Source: Phoronis australis (taxonomy: Eukaryota > Animalia > Phoronida). Taken from it: a stretch of 64,000 nucleotides of DNA. The stretch spans positions 1,354,797 through 1,418,796 of the forward strand of contig NMRA01000033.1 in the NCBI GenBank assembly GCA_002633005.1. The letters are read 5' to 3'. Made by a program: the position numbers and the translations under genes. A model generated the notes under the pieces. The model had not been told where the DNA came from and did no database searches. It saw only the letters and a list, made by a program, of their open reading frames with translations. This document shows positions 25,601-40,600 of the stretch, one piece after another (position 1 is the first letter of the stretch; the number at the start of each line of letters is the position of its first letter).

Positions 25601-28600
25601 ATAAGAAAAACTGGTCAAATATTTGAATAGTATTTATAGGTCGTTTTATTTGATAAAACGCCTTCTCTTAACTTTCTGCTTTGAAGCAAGTCAGAAAACA
25701 ATTTGAACAAGAAGTAAAAGTCGCGACTGGAAGGTAACAAAGAATATATTACAGACTGTGCTGGGATATTGAAGGGATATTGAATTTGGTGGTTTACGTT
25801 CACGATCCGTATTGCTGCAGGAGGTAACCTGCGTCGAAGTGTTTGTTTTAACCCCGATTTATGTTGGCAAGTGGCGAGCTCGAGTTTATTGTGGTTGCTA
25901 AGGGATTCGCTTCATTGCACCGGTGCACTTTCAGTCAACAATCCAAAAGGACAGATCGCCCAGGTTAACGGGAAATTAACTCCTTACTGGTTGTGCTCTT
26001 CACTTTAGCAACTAAAAGTGAAAATATTAATATGACAACTTTCAAGTCGGGATCTTTAGATGGACGCATGAACGGTATTAATTAAATTGTGTAATTTTGG
26101 TCGTTGTTTGTTTGCCTCGCTATTCAAGAAATGTAGCCGCAGTCATGTTTTGGAATCCGCTAGAGCGTGAAGAATGTTTATTGTGATCTGGACGACCCTC
26201 ATAGTCTCGGGCTTTGTATATCGCCGTTACCAACCAGCAGTGAACCAGCCGGCGGCAGTGTGAAGACGGACTTTTTAAGATTCTGACTATCCGTAGCATA
26301 ACTGGCTGGACGTTTGCGATTGTATGTTAGTTACGATGTTAGTACAAGCGTGGATCATAAACTCCACAAAACAGATTTGGCAATTCTCTCGTGAATGTTT
26401 TCGTGACATAAAATGTGGTTTAGAAGGAGTTCGGAACTAAGTTACGATGACACAGACGGATGGATCATTTAAACTTCCCAGCGTCGGTAGGGTATCCTTC
26501 CTCGTGAACCCTACCTACATCCCTGAAGACACCAGGTAATGTTTAAGTTTTCCACGTTTTCATCCCAACTGGGGTTGTTGCATCACATTACGTGCCGGCA
26601 ATATACCGGCGTCGTGTAACGGACATTTTCTGGAACTGGCCCGGAAATTACCACTGAGCAGAACAGCAACCTACAGATATTAAAAATAACAAGTGATCAA
26701 CCAGTCTCAAATCTTCCGTTCTACAATGACGATCGCTGAAATTCTTCCGTTTCTAGATGTTCAAAAAGTTGACAGTATAAAGATGCTTGGGAAGGGAGTC
26801 TGACGTACATGTAGGAGAGGACGTTCTATACAAAACAGAACACATTTTGAGAGTCATCACAAAAATCAGAAGTTTCACGGAGCTAAACCATTCACATTAA
26901 TTTTGATCAATTCACATTAATTTTGATCAATTCACATTAATTTTGATCAATTCACATTAATTTTGATCAATTCACATTAATTTTGATCAATTCACATTAA
27001 TTTTGATCAATTCACATTAATTTTGATCAATTCACATTAATTTTGATCAATGCACATTAATTTTGATCAATTCACATTAATTTTGATCAATTCACATTAA
27101 TTTTGATCAATTCACATTAATTTTGATCAATTCACATTAATTTTGATCAATGCACATTAATTTTGATCAATTCACATTAATTTTGATCAATGCACATTAA
27201 TTTTGATCAATTCACATTAATTTTGATCATTCTAAATTTTGTAATATGACACATGCCGGGTTATTTGCGAACTTCTGATGACGTAGGGGACAGCTTGAAT
27301 TTCTAGTTGAATCCCATCTCGGAATCAGACTACTGAAGCGTATTGCATTTTAATTGCAATTGATCAAAATATCTGCGTTTGTGGATGATTTAATGAAACA
27401 TATTTTAAACGGGCTTTAGTTATTCGTCATCGTTTTGTTAAAGCTTGGGAAACCATTTTTACATGCTCGTATGAAACATATTGAAATAATCCTAAGTACG
27501 AACTTCGAGTTAGTAGTCTCAACGTTTTTAAATTTCTCCGTGCTAAACCGCATCAAGTTTTTTAATAGTATGACAAGCAATCCTCAGTTCAATGCTATGA
27601 CTGGTTGTCTTGTTGTTTTGTGACATTCCAATAACGACTGCAGGTCGCACTAATTAATACTATTACCACCCAATTAGATATTAATCCGAGCCGAGAACCA
27701 GTACAGTCACTGTGTTATAAATCTGTCAGTGGTTCACCAAGTATACCTATAAGGCTTCTGTATACTTAACATCCATTCTGTGTTAACTATTTTGCTGTAG
27801 TGGACTCAAGTGCCACATTAGCGCCTCGGTAGGTTCTCTGAGAGACCCTTCAAGGCAAATTCACAGTACGATTGATTGTCAAGCCGCTGTTGTTACATTG
27901 AATGCACGAGATAAACATAAAATTAAGGTTGTAGTCGAACAGCATACAATTCTAAAATATGATGCTGCTTCCCAAGTTCATATTCCTGTTGTGTTCTGTA
28001 GACAGAAAAATACTCGCTTGTTCAATATTTAAATGAGATATAGGATGAAATAAGTTACTCCGCCACAATTGACACATCTTATATTCCTTAATCCATTCCA
28101 TAGCTGCATTTCACCATCTTTACCTGGCCAAATCGAATTAGGCATTTTACTCTCATAATATCGGTCTCTAATATTCATTACCGTTATGGGATTCTACTTT
28201 CGGGACAAACAAGAACGTCGAAAACATTAGGGACTCAAGAAAACGCTTCAGAGTTTATGGGGGTTAGCCAATCCTAAAATTGCAGATTCAAAATGGCGTA
28301 CTCACGCATTTTTGCCTTTTACTTGAATTGCCGACTTATTCGGCAACAATTCAAAATTGAACGAGTATGAATGTTTCAGTTAAGAATTCAATGTTAACGG
28401 CTTAACAGCGGCGAAAAGCCCCTTCAACAGAAAAGGAAATTAAATTTTTGTGTTTTAGATGTTCGAATTTTTCCAATGCGTTCTCTTGCGTCTCTAAGTG
28501 AGAATCATTGCAGTAAATATTGGTATCCACGGACTTTATCCCAAGCTATCTGAGTTATCATTTAATGTGCTTGAACTGAGATTATCACTTCAGAATTAGA

Positions 28601-31600
28601 CCTCTTTCTGCTGTTCTTATGAAACCGTAATTGCACAGCTGACTTCAATTGGCTTCTCTATTTACAAACTAGCGAACAAGCGCACCATAGGTGGATCTCC
28701 TTTGGGCAAAAATCTAATACTGACTGTATGTACATGCGTCGTGAAATTAATCCAGAAACACGAGTTTTGATAACGAGTCTCTGATTGATTGGTTTTACGT
28801 TAGTCACAACCAATGATAATGAATGACGATGATACAGCAATATAGTAACATAGTAACTGGAATAATCGTAACGGAGAAGATGACGAAAATGATAAAATCT
28901 CCACCACATCCAAGACGTTATGGCTTATTTATTACTCCCGTATTTAAAAACTGGTTCATCGCAATATGATTTGTGTGTATTCGTGTTATTATTTGAAACC
29001 TTGATTTAGCATAAATTAAAGGGATTTGAATGAAATGCAACAAATCTGGTACTAACGAAATCAAACTAACTAAGCTCACATTTACTTTGAAGTACAATAC
29101 ATATTGCATTAAGGTACTCAAACAGAGACATGGCAATGTAAACTGAAACGAATTTTCTCTTGATCAGCGTCTGTATACATTAATATTCGGTGGCAAATTA
29201 AATGCCCTCTACTTGGCGTCATTGTTTTTACTTCCGTATTACTCAACTATGATGTATGCCGGAAATTTATGGATAATTGTGCCAATATTGTGAGTGAGCA
29301 TTAATTAATTATTCATTATTAATTAATTATTGAACAATCCTGTTTTCAAATCAGTATTTTAAAGACCTCTGGTATCTTGAGTAACAGGATTTTTGATAGT
29401 ATATGTAAGCCCCAGACTGTGTATTCGAAAGATGCCGTAGCCTATTTTCCTTTCTTGTACCCCGAGATATAAGCCCTCGCGTGTTTTCAGGAACGGGCGC
29501 CTATAAATGAAAAATGTGCCAGCTATATTTACGCTGAAGACCAATAAGCGTCAAGAGAGTTTGTGCTGTGTTACATTCCAGGGGATCCATGATTTTAAGT
29601 TGGGGCAGGGTATTAGCCAGGATTTTGCCCGTCAGACATTCGCACCCCCGAGCTGCCAACTGGAATCTGGTAGAATTTTAGGCGGGGGGGCATGGCCCCC
29701 TTGGCCCCCTCTTAAATCCACCACCGCATCATTGCGTCATTTTGGGAAACCTGAAAAACCGTAGAAATACTTTCTTGTAGCTCTGAAAGAAACCCTATAT
29801 TCGTTTTTTTCCAAATATGGTCCGTTGGCCTTTGTTTGGGGGGACTGCTTACGTAAATTCACGGTAAGAAATATTTTGTTGAGTATGCATTTTTTAATTG
29901 TAAAGAGACCTTTTCATTAATGATGCAAACATATAGACGAACTGTGCAAACGAGATTTACTACTCTTTCAATTATAACGAAATGTTACCTGTGTAACCTT
30001 GATCAGCATATTTCATTGTACAAAAATTTAAATTTAAAATTTCGTTGTATTTATTAGAGCAGTTTATTACTGTAGATAACTTCTTCTGCAATTTCGCACG
30101 CTCTGAATGCACGCGTGTTTTTCTTTTAAAACCTCCACCTGCTATAACAATTGGTAGTTTGCCCTTTTTATCGGAAACATGTTTCGTGCACAAAGACAAC
30201 ATGTCAATTGCTTTAGTCAGTTGTCTGTTTTGGGAAGTTTGCCAAATAGAACTCGATGTTATGCCGCTTTTTTTAGATCAAATGAACATTAATGTTTGTT
30301 GACCCGTTCGCTTTTGATTTTCCAACTCTAGATAAGTTTTATTTGCAAGCATTGTATTTTGTAGAAACCTTCTCTTGTGTCTCCACATTCCTACCCAGTC
30401 AATAGATCCATTCGTCTGAAAATGTTCGTCTTATCGCGAGCAGGTGCAATGTTGGTAAAATAAATGTGAAAACAATCACCAATAGCCTTCAATGGTGTGT
30501 AAACAGTCACTGAGCTCATGCTCTTGGCCTTGTGTTGTGGGATGTGTTCAGATAAAATGATATTACTTTATCTGGTTGGTAGGTAACAGCCCCGGAGACA
30601 ATTCCAATGGCTTTGTTTAGTTCTTACCCGTCACTTACTAATATACAGTGCGTGCTCAGTCCCAGTAATAAAATAAAACTGCTTACAATGAACTTATTCT
30701 CAATTGAAAACACTTTAATCCTGTCTATTTTTGAAAGTAGATTTATCGCAAATGTCAATAGCGAAGCTATAAATTATACGTTCAAAGTCAAATGTTTTGA
30801 ATGTTACGTTACCGTTTTCGGACGCGTTTTTGACCAGTTATCAATTGCACTGAAACGTTTTTCAACATTTGAAGTCATTTTTTTCTGAAAATGGATTTAA
30901 TGAAAGCAAAATTAACAAAAACACCAACACGGTGAAAAATGTTATGATCTACCGATTTGATGAGGGCCTGATTCGAATTTCGTTTTTTTTTTTCAATTAA
31001 AGCGATGAAAACGATTTTCCGAAATAAGCGTCAACGTTGCAGCCAAACGCTCCGTACCAGCTGGCTGAACCAAATCGCACTCAGTGTTCTATCGAAACTG
31101 GAACCAGTGGCGGATTTAGGGGGGTCGAGGGGGCCATACCTCCCCTAAAATTGTCCCATTTGGCAGTTCGGGAGTGCGAATGTCTGACCGCCAAAATCCG
31201 GGCTAATAATCTGCCCTGGCACCTCCTAACGCAAAATCCTGGGTCCGCCCCTGGGAACCCCGGTGAAAACAGATATCCCGGAGTCGAAAACAGGCTACCG
31301 CACCTTCAAAACAGCTATCCAGCCGGAAAAAGGATTGGAATTCGTTTTCGCCTCAGGGATATCTGTTTTACTCCGGGGTTCCTGCTTTCGATGGAACACC
31401 CAGTAAATGGCAGTGTAGCGTGTTTATAACTGGTAAAGTCACAGGCCTAGATTTCAGTGATTGAATGCCTGCCAGACAACGATGAGAATTGTCGATTTGA
31501 AATATAATCACAAATCAAATCGGATGTTATTTTTTCTAGTACTGGTCAAATCTAATAACTTCAAAATGCCAACGACAATGAAGCTTAACAAGCTGCTGTT

Positions 31601-34600
31601 AACACTGTCTGTGTCTTAAGATGACAATTGTGACGGCCCAGCATGTTAATTATTTTCTTCTGACTGATAACCTACACGGATTCATTGGTTTCTGATTTGC
31701 ATTCCCAAAATCGAATAAAACATAAACGATTTTTGACAGTTAGAACCTATTTTGGTAAGAAATTGATGGTGCTTCATTGAAGTTAGATGCAGGCTGAAAT
31801 TCGAAAAAATCACTGTCATCCGACCCCCAAATGCCAAAGGGTACAAAATGAATTTTGGCAATCTGAGATAACCCTTCGACAAATTGAAGTTTTGGAGGTA
31901 TGTATTTTGGTGAAATCCGAGGAGTTTCTTCCCGGGTTTGCCCTCAACCAACGAAGTTCGCACGCCTATGGCTTGAGAAGACGTGCTAAATTGAAGAGGT
32001 ACAGGAGGACTTAAGAGCGATAGAGGGAATCTTGTGCAACCCTATAATGTTTACCTTTCTACAAATCTGATCGGTGAGGTTTTGGCCATTGAATACAGTT
32101 ATCCTCGCAAAAATCGAGTTGTGGACTATGGCAAGTTTACTTATAACTGTTTGTTTCCTAAGATTTTACTGTGAACGAAATGGAGGTCAAAGGTGTCTTG
32201 TTTGCCTTAGAAAAGCGGTTATCTTACTTTGAACTTTGCCATTTTTAGCCTACCTACATTTAGAGTTGTAAGAAAATTACGGATTTTTGAAAAGGAAAAT
32301 TGATTAACGAACTTTTTAAAAATAGTGAATAGTACTAAATACATTTTATTAATATTAAAATAAACTTCGTTTCCCCTCGCGCTACAGACCGTATTATGTG
32401 CGCGACCGTTTCGCAATGCGACGAAAGAACTTTTTTCGTTTGAAAAATGACGGATTTTGATGTTACTCGTCTACTTTACACAGGCATAACATGAAAAAGG
32501 ATATTTTACCAACCCACCGAGTCTCACTCGCCTCACAGTGATGATAACGAATGAGGTGTTGGGAAACAACATGTATAGAATCGGTCTCAGCTAGAAATAG
32601 TACAAGATACTGAGCTAAGCTGACTATTTTTTGTTCAAAGAAGGCAAGTCGTATATTCTAATAACAATGTTCTGGTCTCCAGAATTCAGCGGTCGATGCA
32701 TGATAGTTTCTACGCGGATTTAGTGACAATATATAAAGCTGTAATGAGTTTCTACTTCTCGTCGGCAATGCCGTTAGCATCAGCTTAAGAACACGATCCA
32801 CCGTAGAGTTGCTAACATCGATATTTAACTTCAGAAATGTGCCTTGGTTACTCATATTTCTTGTGTGAATTGTGTAAGGGGTTATTTCCATTCACATACA
32901 TCGTTGACATAATTGTAGCTTTTTATGGCATAGTGGGGTGTCCAGTTTGATTTCAGGGATTTGATAAGATTTGTAAATATTTTTTTAGTTGTTAATGGTA
33001 TTACATGACATAATTTGAAATGGTACACTACTTTTAGAAATAAAATATTTTTTAATTTAATTTTTTTTTATTTTTATTTTTTATTTATTTTTTATTTTAT
33101 TTATTTTTTTTTTTTTTTGTTATTGATATTACATGACTAAGCTTGATATGGTACACCAATTTTAGAAATGAAAAAAGTAACTCTCCGTGTCGGGGAATCG
33201 AACCCCGGTCTCCCGCGTGACAGGCGGGGATACTCACCACTATACTAACACGGAATCGCACAAGTAATCAAGCTATTTTTTTAATCTCATTCATAGAACC
33301 CGCTAGAAGAGCTGCTCAATAGGTGGCGTTTTTTGTTTTTCATCCGGTTCATGTCTCAGTGTCGGGGTCGATAGTCCGAATTCAGCTAGTGTTTATACGG
33401 TTGTCACAATGATCGGGCGTAGCTATTGTGTGGTACTCATGAGAATTTAATCACAACAGCATCTTAATTAGATTTGCTTTCGGACACATCAACTTGTTGG
33501 GTGTGGTGGGTAGGCCCACAGGCGTCCTCATGAGCTTCTGGATCGTCCCCCAATACACGACTGGAAACTAAGGACGCCTGTGGCAGTGTGCGGGATAGGC
33601 CTCACCTTTCATTGGCTTTGACACCGCCGGCGACTGAGCCGCCAACTAGTCCTGGTGTCGTTGAAATAGGCCAACCGGCTAATGTTAAACTAACGTTCGA
33701 ACGGACGTTAAATAAAGATCATCTCAGTGTGATTCTTGCCGGGATGTTACGGAGCTCGGCCTCTGGTCGAATTTCTTTCATGAGACCAATTTCTGAAAAC
33801 CAAATGAAATGTATTTTATTACATAAATTATGTAAGATGTTTTGCAGGTCTATCATGTTTACGGAGTTTTAAGATTATTAGGCAGCCCTAAATAGATTGG
33901 AAAATGTGCGACAAGTGCCCACCNCCTGCAACTACAAGTGCCCCCCGTGGTCGATCGACCCAATCCAGTGCACTGGATTGGGTCGATCGACCACGGGGGG
34001 CACTTGTAGTTGCAGGCCGCAGGGATATCGCCTTAAAGGTCGGGAAAGTGTTGTGCAAATTTTCCTATACCTGTATTCGGGAAAACTGTCACATGGCCTC
34101 TTACCGAACAGCCAATGAAATCCATGGAGATACGCCTATGGAAATCCGAAGTCTCAGACTAATGGGGGCAAAGTAACTATAAAATCTTTGATTTGGGTAC
34201 GTTGCTAAATATAGGGCCTAACTGACGTCACTCTCCGGGCGTCCGAATGTCGGCAACTGTTTCCGCCGTCTGGTGCCTGTTTTGACAGTACCATTTCACC
34301 GCTGTTTAGCTGTCAGTGTTGAATTATGAACTGAAATGCTTTGTGGTTTAAAAAACATCGATCAATTAGATTTTGAATTGTGCCCAAAGGAACCGCCAAT
34401 CATAATGTAAGTCCACTGAGGCAATGTCACGTAGGCCCTAATGTGTGAGTGCGCCACCAACCATCAATGATTCTCGTGTTCGTTATAGGCTTACTTATTA
34501 GAATTGGCCAATCATTGCAAAATTCAGAAGCGGTTTTGAGTCGCTGACACCGGTTCCGATCTTCTTCTTGGTTACGGAATGGCGAAGTGTAATCGCGGGG

Positions 34601-37600
34601 TACACACTAGTTCGTGGGCTTTGACATGCCTGGTTCTTGGCTGGCCGTGAATGGCTCGAATAGCACTCGCGTTGAACTGAAGCAAATCTTATGCGCAATT
34701 CACATCCCTTGAAACTTCGGATCATTTTAACCAAGCTCTGAAAGTAGCACCGGTAGTGCATGAAACAGTCCGAAATAGCGGTTCAACTATGTTCACTAAA
34801 TCTTTTACTTATTATTATTCTTTCTTTACTCACAGCTGTAATCTTGTTCTATCGTTATGGATTCCTCTTTGACTTTCTAATAACATAACTAAAAAGTGAG
34901 CCCTGAGTTAAGAAAAATAAATAGGGACTTAGTCCTTATATTAGGGGCGTTGCATATAACGACCCCTATTTATTTTCGACAATATTGAGAATTCAAAGTA
35001 AAGTTCACTCTCGATATGTAGTCAAATGCAAAATTTAACATCGTTATGAAACTAAAACAGTATATGAAAGGACTGTCGGTGTTTTCTTAAGTCCACAAAT
35101 ACGCAGTAAATTTAAGGAACTTGGTTGAGTCCTTATTTGGGAATTTTTCATGCAACCGGAGACAAGATTTTCTCGCCGTCGTTGGTTTCGCACTAGTACT
35201 AGGCCTAATACTCAATTCGCCCATTGGCGTCTTGAACAGCATATTCCGTCAGAGTGCAATTTCCATTTCATTTGTTTGAACGTTGCCGTGGACATGTGAT
35301 ATAAAGTAATGTTCTGATAACTGTTTGTTTTCAAAAAGTCCTAGTGATATAGTTTGCTATGAATGAATGGGACTCAGGTTGCTGCTGAATAAGTAGGTAC
35401 TGAATACCTTGTATGCCCTCTGCTAAACATTGCACTCTACATTGTAGAGTATATACAATACTTGTTTTGATTAACGGCTAAATCATTGTATAGTCCATGA
35501 ATGAAGATGTTATCAATCACACCTTTGTCGCGGTATGTTTTTGCTAAATAACAAATACTGGCAGCAAGACACGTTTACGCATAATATTTACAGGGTGACC
35601 AAATGCGGGACGAGTTGATTACCAGAGGGTAGAAGGATTATTTGCTAAGTTGAAGACGAGGTTTAATAACTCTTAGCTGTCAATAAAGTGCTTATAAGGA
35701 TGAACAACGAGACGTGATTTAGTCTTCAACGGCTTTTAAATATTTACTTGTATTGTAATGTCAATCTACAGAACCGAATATCTTTGATGTCATACGTTGA
35801 CCGTTTCTAGTTACCCTGGCTAGGTCAAATAAACGCCCCCTTGCTTCAGATCCCTCTTCACTGTTTCTCAACCCTGGCAACTAACGCCAATGGGCGATAA
35901 AGGGTTTGGTAGAATTGATATAAGACACAAAATGTAAACCATTGAATACGATGTTTTATTCGGGTGATTCTTTCCTCAGCGATAACAATGGTTATCAAGG
36001 TTTTAGAGGTTAAACCATTAAGTAAACGCCGGGGTATGGCGTTTTGTACGTTGTGTTAGGTATTATATCACGATTGAATCGACGGGGATCATCTCACGTG
36101 CTGATGGTTCTGAATGGAGGACGCAATGATCTTGCCGAAAATTGACTCGGCACAGTCAAGAGAGTTTTTGGAAAATTCTTCAGCGAGGTAAGGATTTTAT
36201 CCGTATATGTAGACAGTGGTGTCTCTAGTTCTATAAATTACAATGAAATCACAGCTCACATAGAGAGAAAACAATCGTTGAAGAAGGGTCACGTAAAACA
36301 TGCGTAGTACAATTTGCAAACTTTCTGAAACCGTCAGTGCTGCGTGGTGGCTTTAAATTTATATTACAATTTACTGACAAGGAAATCTGTTATAATGCAG
36401 CAGAGTTACACGACTGGGTGGCCAGCGAAGGAACAGACCATGGAACTAGTTACAGCGCGGAGAGTGAATGACATTTTCTAACACCTCACTATTTCGAGTC
36501 TATCACGTTCGTTGTCGTGATTATTTGAAGGACAGACATAGTCTCAGTTTTAGCTCAATCGTTGTTTTTTAATTGTTTATTTACAACGGTGTAGTGAATT
36601 CAAAACGTGAAATGTTAAACAGTCATGGCTTTTCTTCAAAGATCAATTAAGTTTATTTTCATCTTTAAAGAATTAATTTTTTTTAAAGTCTGTCTCATAA
36701 AGTCACTCTTGGTCATGATTTTATGCTCTTGTACTGCTTGAGATAAAAAAATTTGTGGGTTTTCCAATCGTATCATCTCCTTTGGCGCGTATCTAAAGCG
36801 GGTCTGCCGTGTGGATCCGACCTCACCGACCGTGGTCGTCTTTTTCGGCTTCTAGAAGTGTAGCGTTCTAATGTTTTTTCCACTGTTGTCGGTCCCCTTC
36901 TGTGGTCTTGCATCCGCTTCTTTTGCGTTACATCTACTTGTTATTGGAGTTGTACTTACGTCTCCAGTATCATTATATTATGACATTACGCCATAAAAAA
37001 CAGCGAAAGCTGAAAACGTAAGAAATCAGTGGTCCGTGTCGAGGAATCGAACCCCTGTCTTCCGCGTGGCAGTCTGGGATACTCACCACTGTACTATAAC
37101 GCGGATCAGACACTTGGCGCGCTGTCAAAATTTATATTGGAGAGATCATGCCTCAAATAATTATCTCAAACTCATATTATGTGAAGTGGAACTATGGAAG
37201 TTTGTAGATTTGATTTTGGTGTGTGAGAAAGTTTTCCAGGAATTTTTGTTTGGATAAAACTTCAAGTGATAATGGCACAGAACTTTGATTAAGTACTTAA
37301 ATTATTTTTCTTCATTGATGACACGAATTGACAATCATGTGACAGTGACATGTTTACTTTTGTTTACATGTCATTAGAACAAGAATCACTAGTCTCTGTG
37401 TGTAACCAACTGTCTACAAATCTACAGAGTTTAACTCAGTTAAAGTAGGTGTTTTCTGAAAGTAAAAACTCTGTAAAATTTGGTTTTTGACTTAATCACA
37501 ATCTGTCATTAATTAGTCCACATGACCATGCTTTTTGTGTAAAATTTAGCAAAACAGAAATATACATTCAGCTAAACAACGGTATCAATAACATGACCAA

Positions 37601-40600
37601 ATTTCGTGTTGTACAAATGTTCTAGGTGAAATCTCAAAAAGGCTGTTTTAATTTTCTAAATTATGATTTCGGTTTCGTTAATGCAACTTTTGAGTATTTC
37701 ATAAAATTCTAAGCCATTGTATAGCCTCTCGTGCAGAAGCGAAATATTTTAAAAACAATTCTTAGGAGCGTTGTGGAGGACGGTGCGTAAATCATACTGT
37801 AGTATTTGGAAGTTTCATATGAATCCGACCAGCCATTTATGAGATATGGTGCTTCGAAATTTGACAAATTTGGACATTTTTCATAACCTTGACAGATTTT
37901 CTGTGCAAATTCATTCAAGTGGTTTAGGTTCAAGAAGAATGATATTATACCGTGGCCCCTTCGTTACGTTGTCATGTTAACGCGTACAGTCGGAATGCCA
38001 AGTGACCACTGATAAACAGAAGCCATCGTCCACATTTGTCAAACTTGATAACCGAGTACCTATAAAAATATAAGAGCAAGTCTACATGGCTTCAGTAAAT
38101 AACACTATCGCTAAGTTTAACGGAGATTAGGCTAATATTCCGGTAACAAATTAGAGATCTGAATTCTTATCATGACAGTTTATTTTTGCCGTGGACAAAG
38201 CATTTATCAGACAAACGATGGATTTATTTTTCAGCCTTTACGGGATTAAAGTTTATTAAGTTCAAGGCGTGAAGTTATGAATTTGTCCATTCTTCGATGT
38301 CCTGTTAATAAAGAAGTCACCAGACTAGATCTGCAATTAAGAGTGATTCAGTTGGCGTCAGGGCGTGCCAGTCATTTCTTTTCATGAAACCCTAATGACA
38401 AAGTCAAATTGTCACGTAACACGTTTATCTTTATCCTTCTTTTTTAATTCTTTTTCTGTGAAGCAAATTGTGTTTTGAATTTGTTTCATTAAAATAGTAA
38501 AGTTTCATGTAAAGCTCATGCATCAGGGTATCAATGTTGGTGACGTCCTTGAACGTGCGCATTGACCATAAAGCAGGTCGCCTAGTCCCCATTTCGTTTT
38601 ATCATAATTACTGGTGCTAACTCTTAAGAAGCGAAATCACACGTCATCGCAAGATATCGCCATGCATTACCAGCGAACACGTGCTCTCGCCTGTTGTATT
38701 CGCGAATGTCCTGCGGCTATCGCACGAGCCTCTCAGGTTTTCACATCGCGCGACCGGGCGGGCTACACGCCTACATTTCTTCTTTGACAAAATTATTGTG
38801 CACAACACTTCTGTGAACAGTACTTGATAGAATAGTGTGATTTTTACGAAATATGATCGCCGTTTGTGCCTCAGACAGAAGTCTTTGCCAAATCTAATCG
38901 TCACTTTTTACATTTGGTGTGAGCATCCGGAATAGTATGTGATACGTCATGTGCATAAGAGTACAGTCACGTGAATGTACTCTGTGAGTCTATGGTCGAA
39001 AAGGGGGGAAGGCGGACATTTTAGATACAATGCCTAATATAAAAGTATCTTGAACGTTTAGTCCAGCTTAAACACCGGCCACTGATACCAGTTGCTATAA
39101 CCTTTTCAACGTCCAGGTAGAAGATTACTGAAATATTCAACTTGTATTTCAGAATGTATTGCTGAATTTCCTCTATAACAAACTTTATTCTTTACGCAAC
39201 TTAGAGATTGTTGCTTACGGAAGTTGGTTTCAGTAGAGGAAACAGTCTACTTACTGAACTTAAATTTTAAACATTATCATTCATTCGTGCTTTGTTTGTC
39301 AGTGTAGTAAATGGTTTGCTTTTGAAATTCCTAAATGTATTCAGGCTTCGTAATATAATGCTTTGTTGATAAGTGCTAAAGAAACGCGCATTGGGCAACA
39401 ATAAAACTTTCTCCGTGTCGGGGAATCGAACCCCGGTCTCCCGCGTGACAGGCGGGGATACTCACCACTATACTAACACGGATTGGATGATGGTGTAAGC
39501 GTAGTTGGCGTAGTCGCTTTTACTCCACTTTGGGAATTTATTCTTTTCACGTAAAGCAACGTTTTTAAATCTATACACATTGTTTGGAAAAACAGTTCAC
39601 TTGTATAGTTGATTCGATAATGAATTGTAACGGATGGGAAAGAGTATGTTATGTAGAGTTGGCAATTAAAGAGATGAACAGGTCAGAATCCAGTGTGTCT
39701 TCGAATGACCTATGGGTAATAAAAAATGACAGACATAACCACCCTTTGTCAATAATTCAACACACAAGATCTTAATGGTGTATTTAAACATCCTTTACGC
39801 TAAACAACGTGCAGTTGTATTCATTGACAACCTGTAGATGTGAAAACAAAAAATTCTGAAAATAGGTGACCTTTACACTAATGACGTACCTTGGGGGCTC
39901 GCATAGAACGCATCATGCATTGCTATTCCCAACAACACGTCACGATACTTACTGGACATGGTTGAGTGATTTACGGCGCATCATTTTCGACACAAAACTC
40001 GCTCATGCAATTTTCGAAGTACTTCATATTCACATCGTCGCTATATCTTGTGTTTCTAGCTAATTTGACCAAACAGTTAGAGATACAAAATAGCGTGCAA
40101 GTTTCACTTTATGTCAGGCAGAGGGCCATGACAAAAAAAATCAATGATGGTCAAAAACAACCCTTTCTCCGTGTCGGGGAATCGAACCCCGGTCTCCCGC
40201 GTGACAGGCGGGGATACTCACCACTATACTAACACGGATTGGATGACGGTGGAGAGCAGTTGTCATGGTTGACTATCGTGCCTTGCACTACCGTGGATTA
40301 ATTCCCTTTGCGCAAAACAGGTTTATTTTTGTTTAATTCGCATGCAAACTGGGAAAATGTTTGGTCTTGCGATCGAAAATCAACGTCTCTTTATGGTAGG
40401 GTCGGCACTATACTAAAAGATTAGAACTGTGAATTAACTTTCAGGAGATTAAATTTCACGTATAACCATTAATTTGTATGTCTCATTGGGCGTGTTTCTC
40501 AAAGATTTTGTCCGTCAATCAACATGCTGACACGATCTAGTAAAATCTTAGATGTTTCAATTTAAGCGAAAATTTGATTAATAATTCTTATGTTATTTAC

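Noticed and set aside
26889-27230. CRISPR-like array
   Set aside because: Head-to-tail repeats with no spacers, no cas genes, eukaryotic context. The same applies to 1851, 60063 and 60577.
29817-29863. Further phase-2 first exon (also 38949-38983)
   Set aside because: Very short, with a weak donor or repeat-like context and no motif; consistent with chance.
37032-37105. Anticodon-switched Asp-to-Gly recoding tRNA
   Set aside because: The anticodon stem, D arm, T stem and discriminator are all damaged, so this is simple decay.
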